In this document: piece by piece, positions 1 to 7,732 of the stretch | Layout: each line of letters starts with the position of its first letter | Position numbering within the stretch: the first letter of the stretch is position 1 | Virus record (IMG/VR): IMGVR_UViG_3300024983_000001 | Coordinates: 200,745 to 257,054 of that record | Origin: a virus | Reading direction: 5' to 3' (one strand) | DNA: 56,310 nucleotides | Position numbers and translations under genes: made by a program | Notes under the pieces: model-generated | What the model was told of the DNA's origin: nothing | Databases searched by the model: none | The model's input: only the letters and a program-made list of their open reading frames with translations

Positions 1-186
1 AATGGAGGACATTGTTCCTGTTATGGTTTAGAAGGTCAGTGGGATCCTGAAGAAGTAACTGTTGCTGAGTTGGAGCATCGCATGAAAGAAGGTGATTTGG
101 GCTACGGTTCATATTACAACGATTCTGCGTTTGCGGATGAGTTAGAAACGGTTATAAAGCTGTATAAAAAACGTATGAAAGAGTAG
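1..186 (+). CDS. partial hypothetical phage protein (3' end)
   Basis: Frame 1 is open from the window edge (NGGHCSCYGLEGQWDPEE...) to TAG at 184-186. Confidence 0.6.
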   Translation, partial: NGGHCSCYGLEGQWDPEEVTVAELEHRMKEGDLGYGSYYNDSAFADELETVIKLYKKRMKE

Positions 187-234
187 GTCGTTACAAATGG
201 GGGTTGCGAATCCATTATAAAAACGCAAATCAAT

Positions 235-310
235 GCCGAGTTGGTGTGAGAGGTGAGCCGCCTCCCTTACAAGGAGACTTATGACAGTTCGAGTCTGTCA
301 CTCGGCACCA
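235..310 (+). tRNA. tRNA-Val(TAC)
   Basis: Acceptor GCCGAGT/ACTCGGC, anticodon arm CTCCC-TTACA-AGGAG, T-loop TTCGAGT, encoded ACCA. Confidence 0.9.
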
Positions 311-346
311 AATAGATGTATCAATAAATCGTGTTTAGGAGGCCGT

Positions 347-562
347 ATGTATAAAATTGCAGGCACATTTAAGTATCCGTACGGAGCCATTAGCGCTTCC
401 GATCCAACCAATTGTGGGTTGGGCTTTAATACAAAGGAAGATGCACAGGCTCATGCTGATATGATGAACAAGCTTGCAGAAGAGTATGACACGAACCCGT
501 TGTGGAATAAAGAATTTTGGAAAACTAAACCCGAACAATGGGTTGTGTTTGAAGTAAAGTAA
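347..562 (+). CDS. hypothetical protein
   Basis: AGGAGG RBS before ATG 347; the longer ORF start at 281 overlaps tRNA-Val. Confidence 0.65.
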   Translation: MYKIAGTFKYPYGAISASDPTNCGLGFNTKEDAQAHADMMNKLAEEYDTNPLWNKEFWKTKPEQWVVFEVK

Positions 563-576
563 GTGTAATGAACAAT

Positions 577-654
577 TGGACTCTAGCTCATGATTGGTAG
601 AGCATTCGACCGATAATCGAAAGGTACCGGGATCGTCGCCCGGGAGTCCAACCA
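577..654 (+). tRNA. tRNA-Ile(GAT)
   Basis: Acceptor TGGACTC/GAGTCCA, anticodon arm TTCGA-CCGATAA-TCGAA, ends ACCA. Confidence 0.85.
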
Positions 655-660
655 TTCAAT

Positions 661-735
661 ACCAGTATAATATAGTGGTCTGTATAAACGGCTGATAACC
701 GTTAGGTCTTGGTTCGATTCCAAGTGCTGGTACCA
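661..735 (+). tRNA. tRNA-Ile(GAT), second copy
   Basis: Acceptor ACCAGTA/TGCTGGT, arm AACGG-CTGATAA-CCGTT, T-loop TTCGATT, ends ACCA. Confidence 0.88.
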
Positions 736-743
736 GAATCAAT

Positions 744-814
744 CCCCCGTCCAACGGATTGGCTTGAAGTCTTCGAAACTTTAAAGAACTGTTCAACTCA
801 GTTACGGGGGTCCA
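744..814 (+). tRNA. tRNA-Arg(TCG), non-canonical short D-arm
   Basis: Acceptor CCCCCGT/ACGGGGG, arm TGAAGT-CTTCGAA-ACTTTA, T-arm AACTG-TTCAACT-CAGTT, ends TCCA. Confidence 0.75.
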
Positions 815-834
815 AATAGTAAAATAGTAACAAT

Positions 835-920
835 AGGGGTGTGGTGGAATTGGCTAAACACATCTGTCTTTGAAGCAGACGCCGCAAGGTTTGTAGGTTC
901 GAGTCCTACCACCCCTTCCA
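835..920 (+). tRNA. tRNA with TTG (Gln) anticodon and long variable arm
   Basis: Acceptor AGGGGTG/CACCCCT, arm TCTGT-CTTTGAA-GCAGA, extra arm CGCCGCAAGGTTT, T-arm GTAGG-TTCGAGT-CCTAC, ends TCCA. Confidence 0.8.
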
Positions 921-927
921 ATTATAT

Positions 928-999
928 ACCCCGTCCGAGGGATTCGGATTAGGCCCTGCGAAGGCTTGAAAATACGTTCGACTCGTATACGGGGTACCA
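928..999 (+). tRNA. tRNA-Arg(GCG), non-canonical short D-arm
   Basis: Acceptor ACCCCGT/ACGGGGT, arm TAGGCC-CTGCGAA-GGCTTG, T-arm ATACG-TTCGACT-CGTAT, ends ACCA. Confidence 0.78.
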
Positions 1000-1051
1000 A
1001 AGTTTTAAAAGCCGTAGAGTCCACCTGATGGTTGTGACATAGGGTTTGATT

Positions 1052-1059
1052 TATAAATA
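1052..1059 (+). promoter_or_regulatory. T4-type late promoter TATAAATA
   Basis: Exact T4 late consensus 26 nt upstream of the HNH gene ATG. Confidence 0.6.
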
Positions 1060-1084
1060 CTATCAAACCCTGTGGAGGTGTGTG

Positions 1085-1495
1085 ATGAAAAAAGTGTGTT
1101 CCTCGTGCAAAAATGAAAAAGACCTTGGAAGTTTTAGCAAAGATAAAACGCGGGCAGACGGTCGACAACCTCGCTGCAAAGAGTGTGTCAGGAACAAGTA
1201 CAGAAGTGACTATACGTTAAAGTACCGGGACAAAATCAGGATTCGTGATAAGTCCAATCGAGATAAAAACGTAGCACTGTTACTTGAGTATCGATTAGCA
1301 CATCCGTGTATCAAGTGTGGTGAAACAGACCCGGTGTGTTTAGATTTTCACCACGTTGACCCAAGCACAAAGGAGTTCTCCGTTAGTCAAGAGGTTCAGC
1401 GGAGCTGGAGTAAACTATCAGCGGAAATTGACAAATGTATAGTGCTGTGTAGCAATTGTCATAGAAAGCTTCACGCTGGTAGATTTGAGTTGTAG
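1085..1495 (+). CDS. HNH homing endonuclease
   Basis: GGAGG RBS; N-terminal CxxC..CxxC; C-terminal CIKCGE...LDFHH...KCIVLCSNCHRKLH HNH motif. Confidence 0.85.
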   Translation: MKKVCSSCKNEKDLGSFSKDKTRADGRQPRCKECVRNKYRSDYTLKYRDKIRIRDKSNRDKNVALLLEYRLAHPCIKCGETDPVCLDFHHVDPSTKEFSVSQEVQRSWSKLSAEIDKCIVLCSNCHRKLHAGRFEL

Positions 1496-1502
1496 TTTTA
1501 TT

Positions 1503-1578
1503 GGCCACGTAGTATTCTGGGAGCACACCTGCCTGTCTAGCAGGATATAGGACGGTTCGATTCCGTTCGTGGTCGCCA
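1503..1578 (+). tRNA. tRNA-Asp(GTC)
   Basis: Acceptor GGCCACG/CGTGGTC, arm CCTGC-CTGTCTA-GCAGG, T-loop TTCGATT, ends GCCA. Confidence 0.88.
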
Positions 1579-1590
1579 ATTAATAGGCAT

Positions 1591-1660
1591 GGACTAGAAT
1601 GGTTTTCAGGCTGCTTTGACATAGCAGATTTAGTGGGTTCGATTCCCAACTAGCCCACCA
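1591..1660 (+). tRNA. tRNA-Val(GAC), reduced D-arm
   Basis: Acceptor GGACTAG/CTAGCCC (1 mismatch), arm CTGCT-TTGACAT-AGCAG, TGGG-TTCGATT-CCCA, ends ACCA. Confidence 0.65.
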
Positions 1661-1668
1661 TTTTTTGT

Positions 1669-1744
1669 AGGTCCATAGCTCAATCGGGAGAGCACGACAC
1701 TGTCAATGTCGAGGTAGCGGGATCGAAACCCGTTGGGCCTGCCA
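1669..1744 (+). tRNA. tRNA-Asp(GTC), second copy
   Basis: Acceptor AGGTCCA/TGGGCCT, D-arm GCTC..GAGC, arm CGACA-CTGTCAA-TGTCG, ends GCCA. Confidence 0.88.
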
Positions 1745-1791
1745 GTTGTAAGCTTGTCTTAATGGGTTCGTTGCCGCCCAATACGACCAAC

Positions 1792-1799
1792 TATAAATA
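1792..1799 (+). promoter_or_regulatory. T4-type late promoter TATAAATA
   Basis: Exact consensus upstream of the endonuclease ORF at 1835. Confidence 0.6.
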
Positions 1800-1834
1800 A
1801 TATATACGATGATTTATTTGGTGGAGATGGTATA

Positions 1835-2671
1835 ATGGCGGGATGGCAACATTTAAATGGGTATTTACAGAGCGATGAACACAAAAATCAGGCGAGAAAT
1901 GCACTAATGACTGCACGAAAAAAATTAGCTGCTGCCCGGTCGTTGGAAAAGGCTAATAGCGTTGTTGAATACGAAAAAAATCCCACTGTTTGTGATTACT
2001 GTAGTAAAAACATTTTGTATGAAAAACGTGGTAACAGATTTTGTAACAGATCGTGTAGTGCAAAATTTAATAATTCTAAGATTGGTGGGCATACCCAACA
2101 AATAAAGGATAAAATAAGTAATTCGTTAACTGGTAGAGCAAATCCCCGTAAAGGAACGAGTAAAATAAAGGTTTGTGTGAACAAAATGTGTGAAGGTTGT
2201 CAACAGCCATTCATAACCAAAACACTCAATCAAAAATTTTGCAATAGATTGTGTTACTTTAATAGCCGGGTTGGGAAAGATATAATGAGTCGGTCAGCCC
2301 GCCTCAAAATGGCCAACCAACCCAAACGAAGTAAAAATGAAATATTGTTTGGTAGGTTGTGTAGTAATCATTTCACATCGGTGACGTATAACGAACCCAT
2401 GTTTAATGGTTGGGATGCTGATGTAATAATTGATGATATTAAAGTGGCTGTATTATGGAATGGTAAGTGGCATTATGAACAAATTACTAAAAAACATTCA
2501 GTTAAACAAGTTCAAAATAGAGATGTAATTAAACTTACAGAAATTAAAAAGGTGGGGTATGTGCCTTATGTTATCAAAGATATGGGAAGTTACAGCAAAC
2601 AAAAAGTTGAAGAAGAATTTAGTAATTTTATGAAGTGGATTAGTGAAATTGGAATCACGCGACGCTCATAA
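1835..2671 (+). CDS. free-standing endonuclease (zinc-finger repeats plus Vsr/DUF559-like PD-(D/E)XK domain)
   Basis: Two CxxC...FCNRxC repeats; C-terminal NGWDADVIIDDIKVAVLWNGKWHY...RD..K motif. Confidence 0.75.
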   Translation: MAGWQHLNGYLQSDEHKNQARNALMTARKKLAAARSLEKANSVVEYEKNPTVCDYCSKNILYEKRGNRFCNRSCSAKFNNSKIGGHTQQIKDKISNSLTGRANPRKGTSKIKVCVNKMCEGCQQPFITKTLNQKFCNRLCYFNSRVGKDIMSRSARLKMANQPKRSKNEILFGRLCSNHFTSVTYNEPMFNGWDADVIIDDIKVAVLWNGKWHYEQITKKHSVKQVQNRDVIKLTEIKKVGYVPYVIKDMGSYSKQKVEEEFSNFMKWISEIGITRRS

Positions 2672-2708
2672 CGTCGTATTGACAGTTCGAGTCTGTCATC
2701 CACTACCA
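2634..2708 (+). tRNA. tRNA with CAT anticodon (elongator Met or Ile2)
   Basis: Acceptor AGTGGAT/ATCCACT, arm CGACG-CTCATAA-CGTCG, T-arm GACAG-TTCGAGT-CTGTC, ends ACCA; lacks the initiator GGG/CCC anticodon stem. Confidence 0.88.
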
Positions 2709-2709
2709 T

Positions 2710-2810
2710 GGTTGTTTGGATGTGTGACTAGTTAAACACAGTCGCTATTCACTGTGAAAATGTTTTGGCCAGAACATTGATCTAGGATAGTGTTAGCTAA
2801 TCAACCGCCA
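2710..2810 (+). ncRNA. tRNA-like stable RNA candidate ending in GCCA
   Basis: Terminal stem GGTTGTTTGG/CTAATCAACC plus GCCA; internal hairpins TGTGT..ACACA and AATGTTTTG..CAGAACATT; no canonical T-loop; lies between two tRNAs. Confidence 0.5.
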
Positions 2811-2816
2811 GTTTAT

Positions 2817-2894
2817 TGGGATAGAGGCGTCATGGTGACAACCGCTTGACTGTTAATCAAGATTAGCCTGGTTCGATTCCAGGTATCCCAGCCA
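2817..2894 (+). tRNA. tRNA-Asn(GTT)
   Basis: Acceptor TGGGATA/TATCCCA, arm CTTGA-CTGTTAA-TCAAG, T-arm CCTGG-TTCGATT-CCAGG, ends GCCA. Confidence 0.9.
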
Positions 2895-2911
2895 GTTTGT
2901 TTTTGGGTAAA

Positions 2912-3226
2912 TTAGTCTTTGGTATCTCCCAACTCCCGAGAAATTTCACCAAGTAATCCCCTCAATGAATTGAGAGCAATCATGATACGGCTACGGTGTT
3001 TACGACGATCTTCTGGCGTAGCGAGTTTGTTTGCAATGCCTAGTGCTCGACGTGCTGCCTCCAAACGAAATGATGCAGTTGTAAACATTTGACTCAAGTT
3101 TTGGTCACCTGGCAAATCTGTAACTGCCTCATCCAACATCCGCATCGTCTCTTCAATCCAGGACGAACTCTCTGTTGATTCTGTTAATGATACGCCCGCC
3201 ATTTCTCTAACCCAATTAATATCCAT
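2912..3226 (-). CDS. hypothetical late protein
   Basis: AGGAG RBS and a minus-strand TATAAATA (3251-3258) upstream. Confidence 0.7.
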   Translation of the reverse strand: MDINWVREMAGVSLTESTESSSWIEETMRMLDEAVTDLPGDQNLSQMFTTASFRLEAARRALGIANKLATPEDRRKHRSRIMIALNSLRGLLGEISRELGDTKD

Positions 3227-3329
3227 ATCAAATCTCCTTATTTGTAGGAGTATTTATATCTTTACCAATCTTTGTTGTCTAAACAACAACATATGTAATA
3301 TAATAACCGAAACATTTTGGAGTATTATT

Positions 3330-3536
3330 ATGCCATTAGCATTAACTATATTTGTTGTGTGGGCTATTGTGGGACCATTTAGTGTGATTGGACTTTTGAG
3401 TATCTCACAACTAGTGCCAGATTGGCTCGAAAGGATTATTTGGCGAGGTGCATCGATTGTTGGTGGGCCTTTATTTTGGTTATTAATGATCGAGAATAAA
3501 CTAATATCATGGAAAAAGAATTGTGGGAAATATTAG
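3330..3536 (+). CDS. small membrane protein
   Basis: Two hydrophobic segments; GGAG RBS. Confidence 0.5.
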   Translation: MPLALTIFVVWAIVGPFSVIGLLSISQLVPDWLERIIWRGASIVGGPLFWLLMIENKLISWKKNCGKY

Positions 3537-3841
3537 TACCTACTGTCCGTCCAAACGGCAAACCTATCACTACTAGGTTCCATCGTGTTTGGGACAAAAA
3601 GGTGCACGATATAAGTGGCGGAATGACGATTCTTAACCCCGCCAAAGGGAAGTGGGTTAGTCCGGCAGGAGAATTGTTTATTGAGCGGATGATTCCTGTT
3701 AGAATTGTTGCCACTCGTGACGAGATTGACGAGATTGTTGATTTTACTATCACGTATTACGAACAAGAGGCTGTTTTGGCGTACAAAATCAGCGCTGAAG
3801 TTATTTTGAGGTATAAAGATGGTTGTCCGAGTGTTGATTAA
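3509..3841 (+). CDS. hypothetical phage protein
   Basis: ORF in a co-directional gene run. Confidence 0.65.
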   Translation: MEKELWEILVPTVRPNGKPITTRFHRVWDKKVHDISGGMTILNPAKGKWVSPAGELFIERMIPVRIVATRDEIDEIVDFTITYYEQEAVLAYKISAEVILRYKDGCPSVD

Positions 3842-3923
3842 TGTTGGCGGTAATTCTGGAGCGAACCCACCACAGTGGGTGTGGCAATATATCTATGTGG
3901 TGGGTTCGGGGAGTATAGGATAA

Positions 3924-4439
3924 ATGCGAGTAATTTTTTTGGATGTGGATGGCGTGTTAAATAGTGTGCGTAGCACCGTTGCTTTGCAAGTGCAGTGGCC
4001 GAGTGCAGAGGAAGAAAAGATGCTTGACCCTATTGCCGTAAAACTTTTACAGCAGCTATGTAAAGAAACAAACGCAAAAATTGTGATATCTTCAACGTGG
4101 CGCCAAGGGCGGACGATTAACGACTTTGAAGAAATCTTCAAATATTATGGTTGGGACAATTTTCCGATCATAGGCGTTACTCCTAAGATGCACGCTGTTC
4201 GCGGGGTAGAGATTGCTAATTGGTTACAAGCGTATAACTCTGTAACAACAAACGAACCCATCGAAAGTTATGTTATTTTAGATGATAGTACGGATATGCT
4301 CGATTCACAAAAGACGAATTTTGTATGGGTTTCGTTACAGGATGGGTTTTCGTTAGCCGACTATGTTACTGCAATTCGTATCTTGGACCCTAACCATTCG
4401 TGTTTGAGCCCTTTGCATCTAGGAGGATATATTAAATGA
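3924..4439 (+). CDS. HAD-superfamily phosphatase (Swiss-Army-knife RNA repair type)
   Basis: IFLDVDGVLN, KIVISSTWR, RGVEI..WL, YVILDD motifs. Confidence 0.8.
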   Translation: MRVIFLDVDGVLNSVRSTVALQVQWPSAEEEKMLDPIAVKLLQQLCKETNAKIVISSTWRQGRTINDFEEIFKYYGWDNFPIIGVTPKMHAVRGVEIANWLQAYNSVTTNEPIESYVILDDSTDMLDSQKTNFVWVSLQDGFSLADYVTAIRILDPNHSCLSPLHLGGYIK

Positions 4440-5194
4440 CCACACCCATTGTGTTTATAGACATAGATGGAACTCTCTTACCCGACCGTGTGTGGATGTC
4501 GCCTGATAATCACACTCTCAAGCAATCAATAATGGCGTGCAAACGTGATGGGAAGGTTTGGTATAATGATTGGGAGTTGAAAAAACAAGTACGTTTTGAT
4601 GGTCCTGCAGTTACGTTTTTTAATGCGTGGATAGAATTTTCTGGCGCGAAAATTGTGGTATCTAGCAGTTGGACCTTCTATACATCCAAAGAACAGTTAC
4701 AAGAACTGTTTACATTGAATGGGCTGAGAGGGGATTTTCATGAAGATTGGACAATGCCAGATCATTTTACTCCACGAGGGAGGTGTTCTGATTTGAGTGA
4801 GTGGTTGTCCGATCATCCCGAAGTTGAAAATTACTTGGTTGTGGATGATGATACAACTGTTCATGGTTTAGTGGAAGCAAACAAACAAACAGCAAAGCAC
4901 GCAAAAACAGTATTAAAACATTGGAAACATAAAGCCAAACAGGGGGAATATCCTACTGACCCATGGGATACATTTCAATTTGAAAGAGCTTTGAATCCAC
5001 ACTATCACAAAATGGCTGGTAAAGTTATTGAAGTTGATTCACAAAATGGTATCACATTGGCTCAATTTTATGAAGGTTGTAAAATTTTAAATATAGACGT
5101 GGCCGATATCTACGAACGGTGGTATGGTGTGAAAAAATTAACACCCGAAGAGCAACAAGAACGGGATGATTTATTAATGAGCCTTATTTGTTGA
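4436..5194 (+). CDS. HAD-superfamily phosphatase (Swiss-Army-knife RNA repair type), paralog
   Basis: VFIDIDGTL, KIVVSSSW, YLVVDDD motifs; ATGA overlap with the upstream paralog. Confidence 0.75.
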   Translation: MTTPIVFIDIDGTLLPDRVWMSPDNHTLKQSIMACKRDGKVWYNDWELKKQVRFDGPAVTFFNAWIEFSGAKIVVSSSWTFYTSKEQLQELFTLNGLRGDFHEDWTMPDHFTPRGRCSDLSEWLSDHPEVENYLVVDDDTTVHGLVEANKQTAKHAKTVLKHWKHKAKQGEYPTDPWDTFQFERALNPHYHKMAGKVIEVDSQNGITLAQFYEGCKILNIDVADIYERWYGVKKLTPEEQQERDDLLMSLIC

Positions 5195-5203
5195 GGAGGT
5201 AAA

Positions 5204-5605
5204 ATGAGTTTAATTATGTGGGATAAACCTTCAAAAGTACACACTGATGATGAACAACCCATCTGTGATGCGGGTATTGTTGGCTGTTATGTGCCCAATA
5301 TGAGTAATGAAGACGCTGCACGATGGAAAGGCAAACTTGTGGGGAAAACTACAAATTCGCCTCAAGTTGAGCTACGAAAAACATTCTCAAAACGTTGTGG
5401 TAATTGGGGTAGTTCAGCCAGTGTGTTGATTGTGGTATCGTTGGGCGATGGCTACAAATACAGAGACCACTTAAACAGAGATAACACAAAAGGAATCAAT
5501 GTTCATATGGCAGCCAATGGCGGCGTGCAGATGACTTTTGACGAAATGAACGAACTGTGTGAGGTTATTGAAGAAGCTAAACAATATCTCAAATCTTTAT
5601 TGTAA
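5204..5605 (+). CDS. hypothetical protein
   Basis: GGAGG RBS, clean ORF. Confidence 0.7.
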   Translation: MSLIMWDKPSKVHTDDEQPICDAGIVGCYVPNMSNEDAARWKGKLVGKTTNSPQVELRKTFSKRCGNWGSSASVLIVVSLGDGYKYRDHLNRDNTKGINVHMAANGGVQMTFDEMNELCEVIEEAKQYLKSLL

Positions 5606-5651
5606 CCAACGGTTTTATTGTAGTAAATATACGAAAACATAAGGATACTGT

Positions 5652-6161
5652 ATGAATACGGAAGCAAAATTAGCTATTGCATTAAAAGCGTTGGACGAAC
5701 TCGCCAAGAATGGTGTTTGTCTTAACACCAAACCGATTGTACCGCCAAACTCAACTGCCGGTGAAAAATACGCATTCTTTTATGATTATATGGATCAAAT
5801 GGATGCAAACGTACGAAATATTGCACTTGATGCATTGGATCAGATTATGAACACTGGTGTTCAGGCAACGCCCACACCAGTAGGTGAAACATTTGTTGAA
5901 AAATTAACGCCATTGATTGATATTCTAACCCAATTTCAATCGTTGGTGATTACGGGCAAACACAAAGATGCCCAAAAGCTGTTTGTTGTTATATCAAGAC
6001 ATATTGCCCCTAACGAATCACAGGAGCTGCAGGATTTGTGGTTTCGTATTCAAGATTACGGATTGACTGTTCAGTTTGAATTTAATGCATTTGTTAATTT
6101 CTTATCAAGAATGCACCCAAAAACACAAATCGTTCGATACGTAAAACAAAATAACTGTTGA
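5652..6161 (+). CDS. hypothetical protein
   Basis: AAGGA RBS, clean ORF. Confidence 0.65.
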   Translation: MNTEAKLAIALKALDELAKNGVCLNTKPIVPPNSTAGEKYAFFYDYMDQMDANVRNIALDALDQIMNTGVQATPTPVGETFVEKLTPLIDILTQFQSLVITGKHKDAQKLFVVISRHIAPNESQELQDLWFRIQDYGLTVQFEFNAFVNFLSRMHPKTQIVRYVKQNNC

Positions 6162-6186
6162 TCGAATAATCGTTTCGGCTTATAAT
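6158..6186 (+). promoter_or_regulatory. sigma70-type promoter
   Basis: TTGATC-N17-TATAAT upstream of the cca gene. Confidence 0.6.
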
Positions 6187-6214
6187 GACCCAACAAAATT
6201 GATTGGGGATTTAT

Positions 6215-6868
6215 ATGAACACAGATATCTGGACAACCTTTCGCAAAACTTGTCCTGTCCAACTTTTTCCGTTTTTAATGGTGCTGGCAGAATTTTCTGA
6301 CAACACATTTGTCGTCGGCGGCGCAACTCGTGACCTTTTGATGGGTGGCACTCCCAATGATTACGACATCGTGACTGACATCCCCATGGATAGATTGATT
6401 GAAATCTTCGAGGATGGTGGTTTTGAAGTGACCAAAACAGGCGTTGCTCATTTAGTGCTGAATGTGTCGCTTGCGGGATACATTGTGGAAATTTCAAATT
6501 TTCGCAAGGACACCAAATGTGATGGTCGTCACGCAGAAGTTGAAATCGGTACAATGGTTGAAGATGCTCACCGCAGGGATTTTACTGTCAATTCGTTATA
6601 CTTGAATATTCGTACTGGTGAAGTCGTTGATCCAACTGGTTTGGGGTTATCAGACATTGCTTCTCGGACGTTGCGGTTCGTTGGTAAACCAAAAGACCGT
6701 ATTGCTGAAGACTATCTGCGTCTATTTAGATTCTACAGGTTTATCGGTAAGGGTTTTGATCCCGATCCAAAATCGTTACGGGCATGTCGCGAACTATTTA
6801 CGGAAGCGTATGGTAAAATTGCGCCCGAACGCGTGCGCAACGAACTTGAAAAAATGGTAAAGGTATAA
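6215..6868 (+). CDS. cca: tRNA nucleotidyltransferase (class II CCA-adding enzyme, compact)
   Basis: VGGATRDLL, DYDI (DxD), RRDFTVN, EDYLR, ERVRNEL motifs. Confidence 0.88.
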   Translation: MNTDIWTTFRKTCPVQLFPFLMVLAEFSDNTFVVGGATRDLLMGGTPNDYDIVTDIPMDRLIEIFEDGGFEVTKTGVAHLVLNVSLAGYIVEISNFRKDTKCDGRHAEVEIGTMVEDAHRRDFTVNSLYLNIRTGEVVDPTGLGLSDIASRTLRFVGKPKDRIAEDYLRLFRFYRFIGKGFDPDPKSLRACRELFTEAYGKIAPERVRNELEKMVKV

Positions 6869-6870
6869 TC

Positions 6871-7071
6871 ATGTATAAAAAGTGTATTACCGTAGACGGT
6901 AGACAAATTCGCGTTTTGATGCCCACAATCTCGCAGACGCCACAGTTTGAAGAGGTTGATTATAATACGTTTATGCTCATGAGTGACGTTGAACAACGAG
7001 AGTATGTAGAAACAGCTAAACTATTTGCAGAAATGTACGCAAATCATTTGGGAGAAACTAATGGAAATTAA
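6871..7071 (+). CDS. hypothetical protein
   Basis: Short ORF packed between genes. Confidence 0.55.
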   Translation: MYKKCITVDGRQIRVLMPTISQTPQFEEVDYNTFMLMSDVEQREYVETAKLFAEMYANHLGETNGN

Positions 7072-7309
7072 AGTGGGTAGTGTTTATCGTGCCAAAAAGC
7101 CAGGAAAGGCAGGTGGCAATATGTTCGGCTCTTTCTATAATGACCGTGCTGTTCTCTATATGGACGAACAAATTGTTCAGTATGATAGCCCAGCAATTCC
7201 ATTTGGAGGCAGATACAAGAAGATGTCGAGGGTTGATTTTGAAAAATGGGCGGGCTCTGATGTAACAGACGTTTTGCCGGTTGGGGAGTGGGCACCTTAT
7301 GGAAAATGA
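7061..7309 (+). CDS. hypothetical protein
   Basis: GGAG RBS before ATG 7061. Confidence 0.65.
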   Translation: MEIKVGSVYRAKKPGKAGGNMFGSFYNDRAVLYMDEQIVQYDSPAIPFGGRYKKMSRVDFEKWAGSDVTDVLPVGEWAPYGK

Positions 7310-7449
7310 CACAGTTGTGGTTCCTGATGAAACTTTTAAAAAAATGGGGTATCTCTCTCACGACGAATTTCGTCAGTTGTCGCCGGAAGAACAACATTTA
7401 TATGTGCTCAACCTTAAACAGTATGACTTATATTTAAAGAGGTCTAACA

Positions 7450-7731
7450 ATGTCAAGTAATATTAAAGAACTGATGGAAATTGTAGCAGAAGTTAACAAC
7501 CAAATATTAAATTTTGCGGGTGAAAGTGGTTTGTATCTTGATATGACCGTTTCTTCGGATGGTTACGCCACCATAGTTGAATTTTTGGGTTGTGTGGTGT
7601 ATAGTTCGGAGGATTCAAGTTTGCGGTGTGATGACGATGGTGTTCAGGAATCTGTAAAAACGTACATCATACGGGAAACTAATCACATATTGCAGACATT
7701 ACAAGGTTTGAAAATTTGGGAGTATCAATAA
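7450..7731 (+). CDS. hypothetical protein
   Basis: GAGG RBS, clean ORF. Confidence 0.6.
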   Translation: MSSNIKELMEIVAEVNNQILNFAGESGLYLDMTVSSDGYATIVEFLGCVVYSSEDSSLRCDDDGVQESVKTYIIRETNHILQTLQGLKIWEYQ

Positions 7732-7732
7732 T

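Noticed and set aside
335-1649. Minus-strand ORFs 335-655, 854-1168 and 1383-1649 (and similar shadow ORFs elsewhere, such as 13400-13594, 14574-14810 and 48293-48898)
   Set aside because: They are antisense to tRNAs or well-supported genes and have no recognisable motifs
1745-1791. Theta/HDV-like ribozyme after tRNA-Asp
   Set aside because: I could not build the nested double pseudoknot, and the tRNA already encodes its CCA end
2710-2810. tRNA-Sec or opal suppressor (TTCA in a loop, long arm)
   Set aside because: No proper anticodon stem closes the TCA and there is no T-loop
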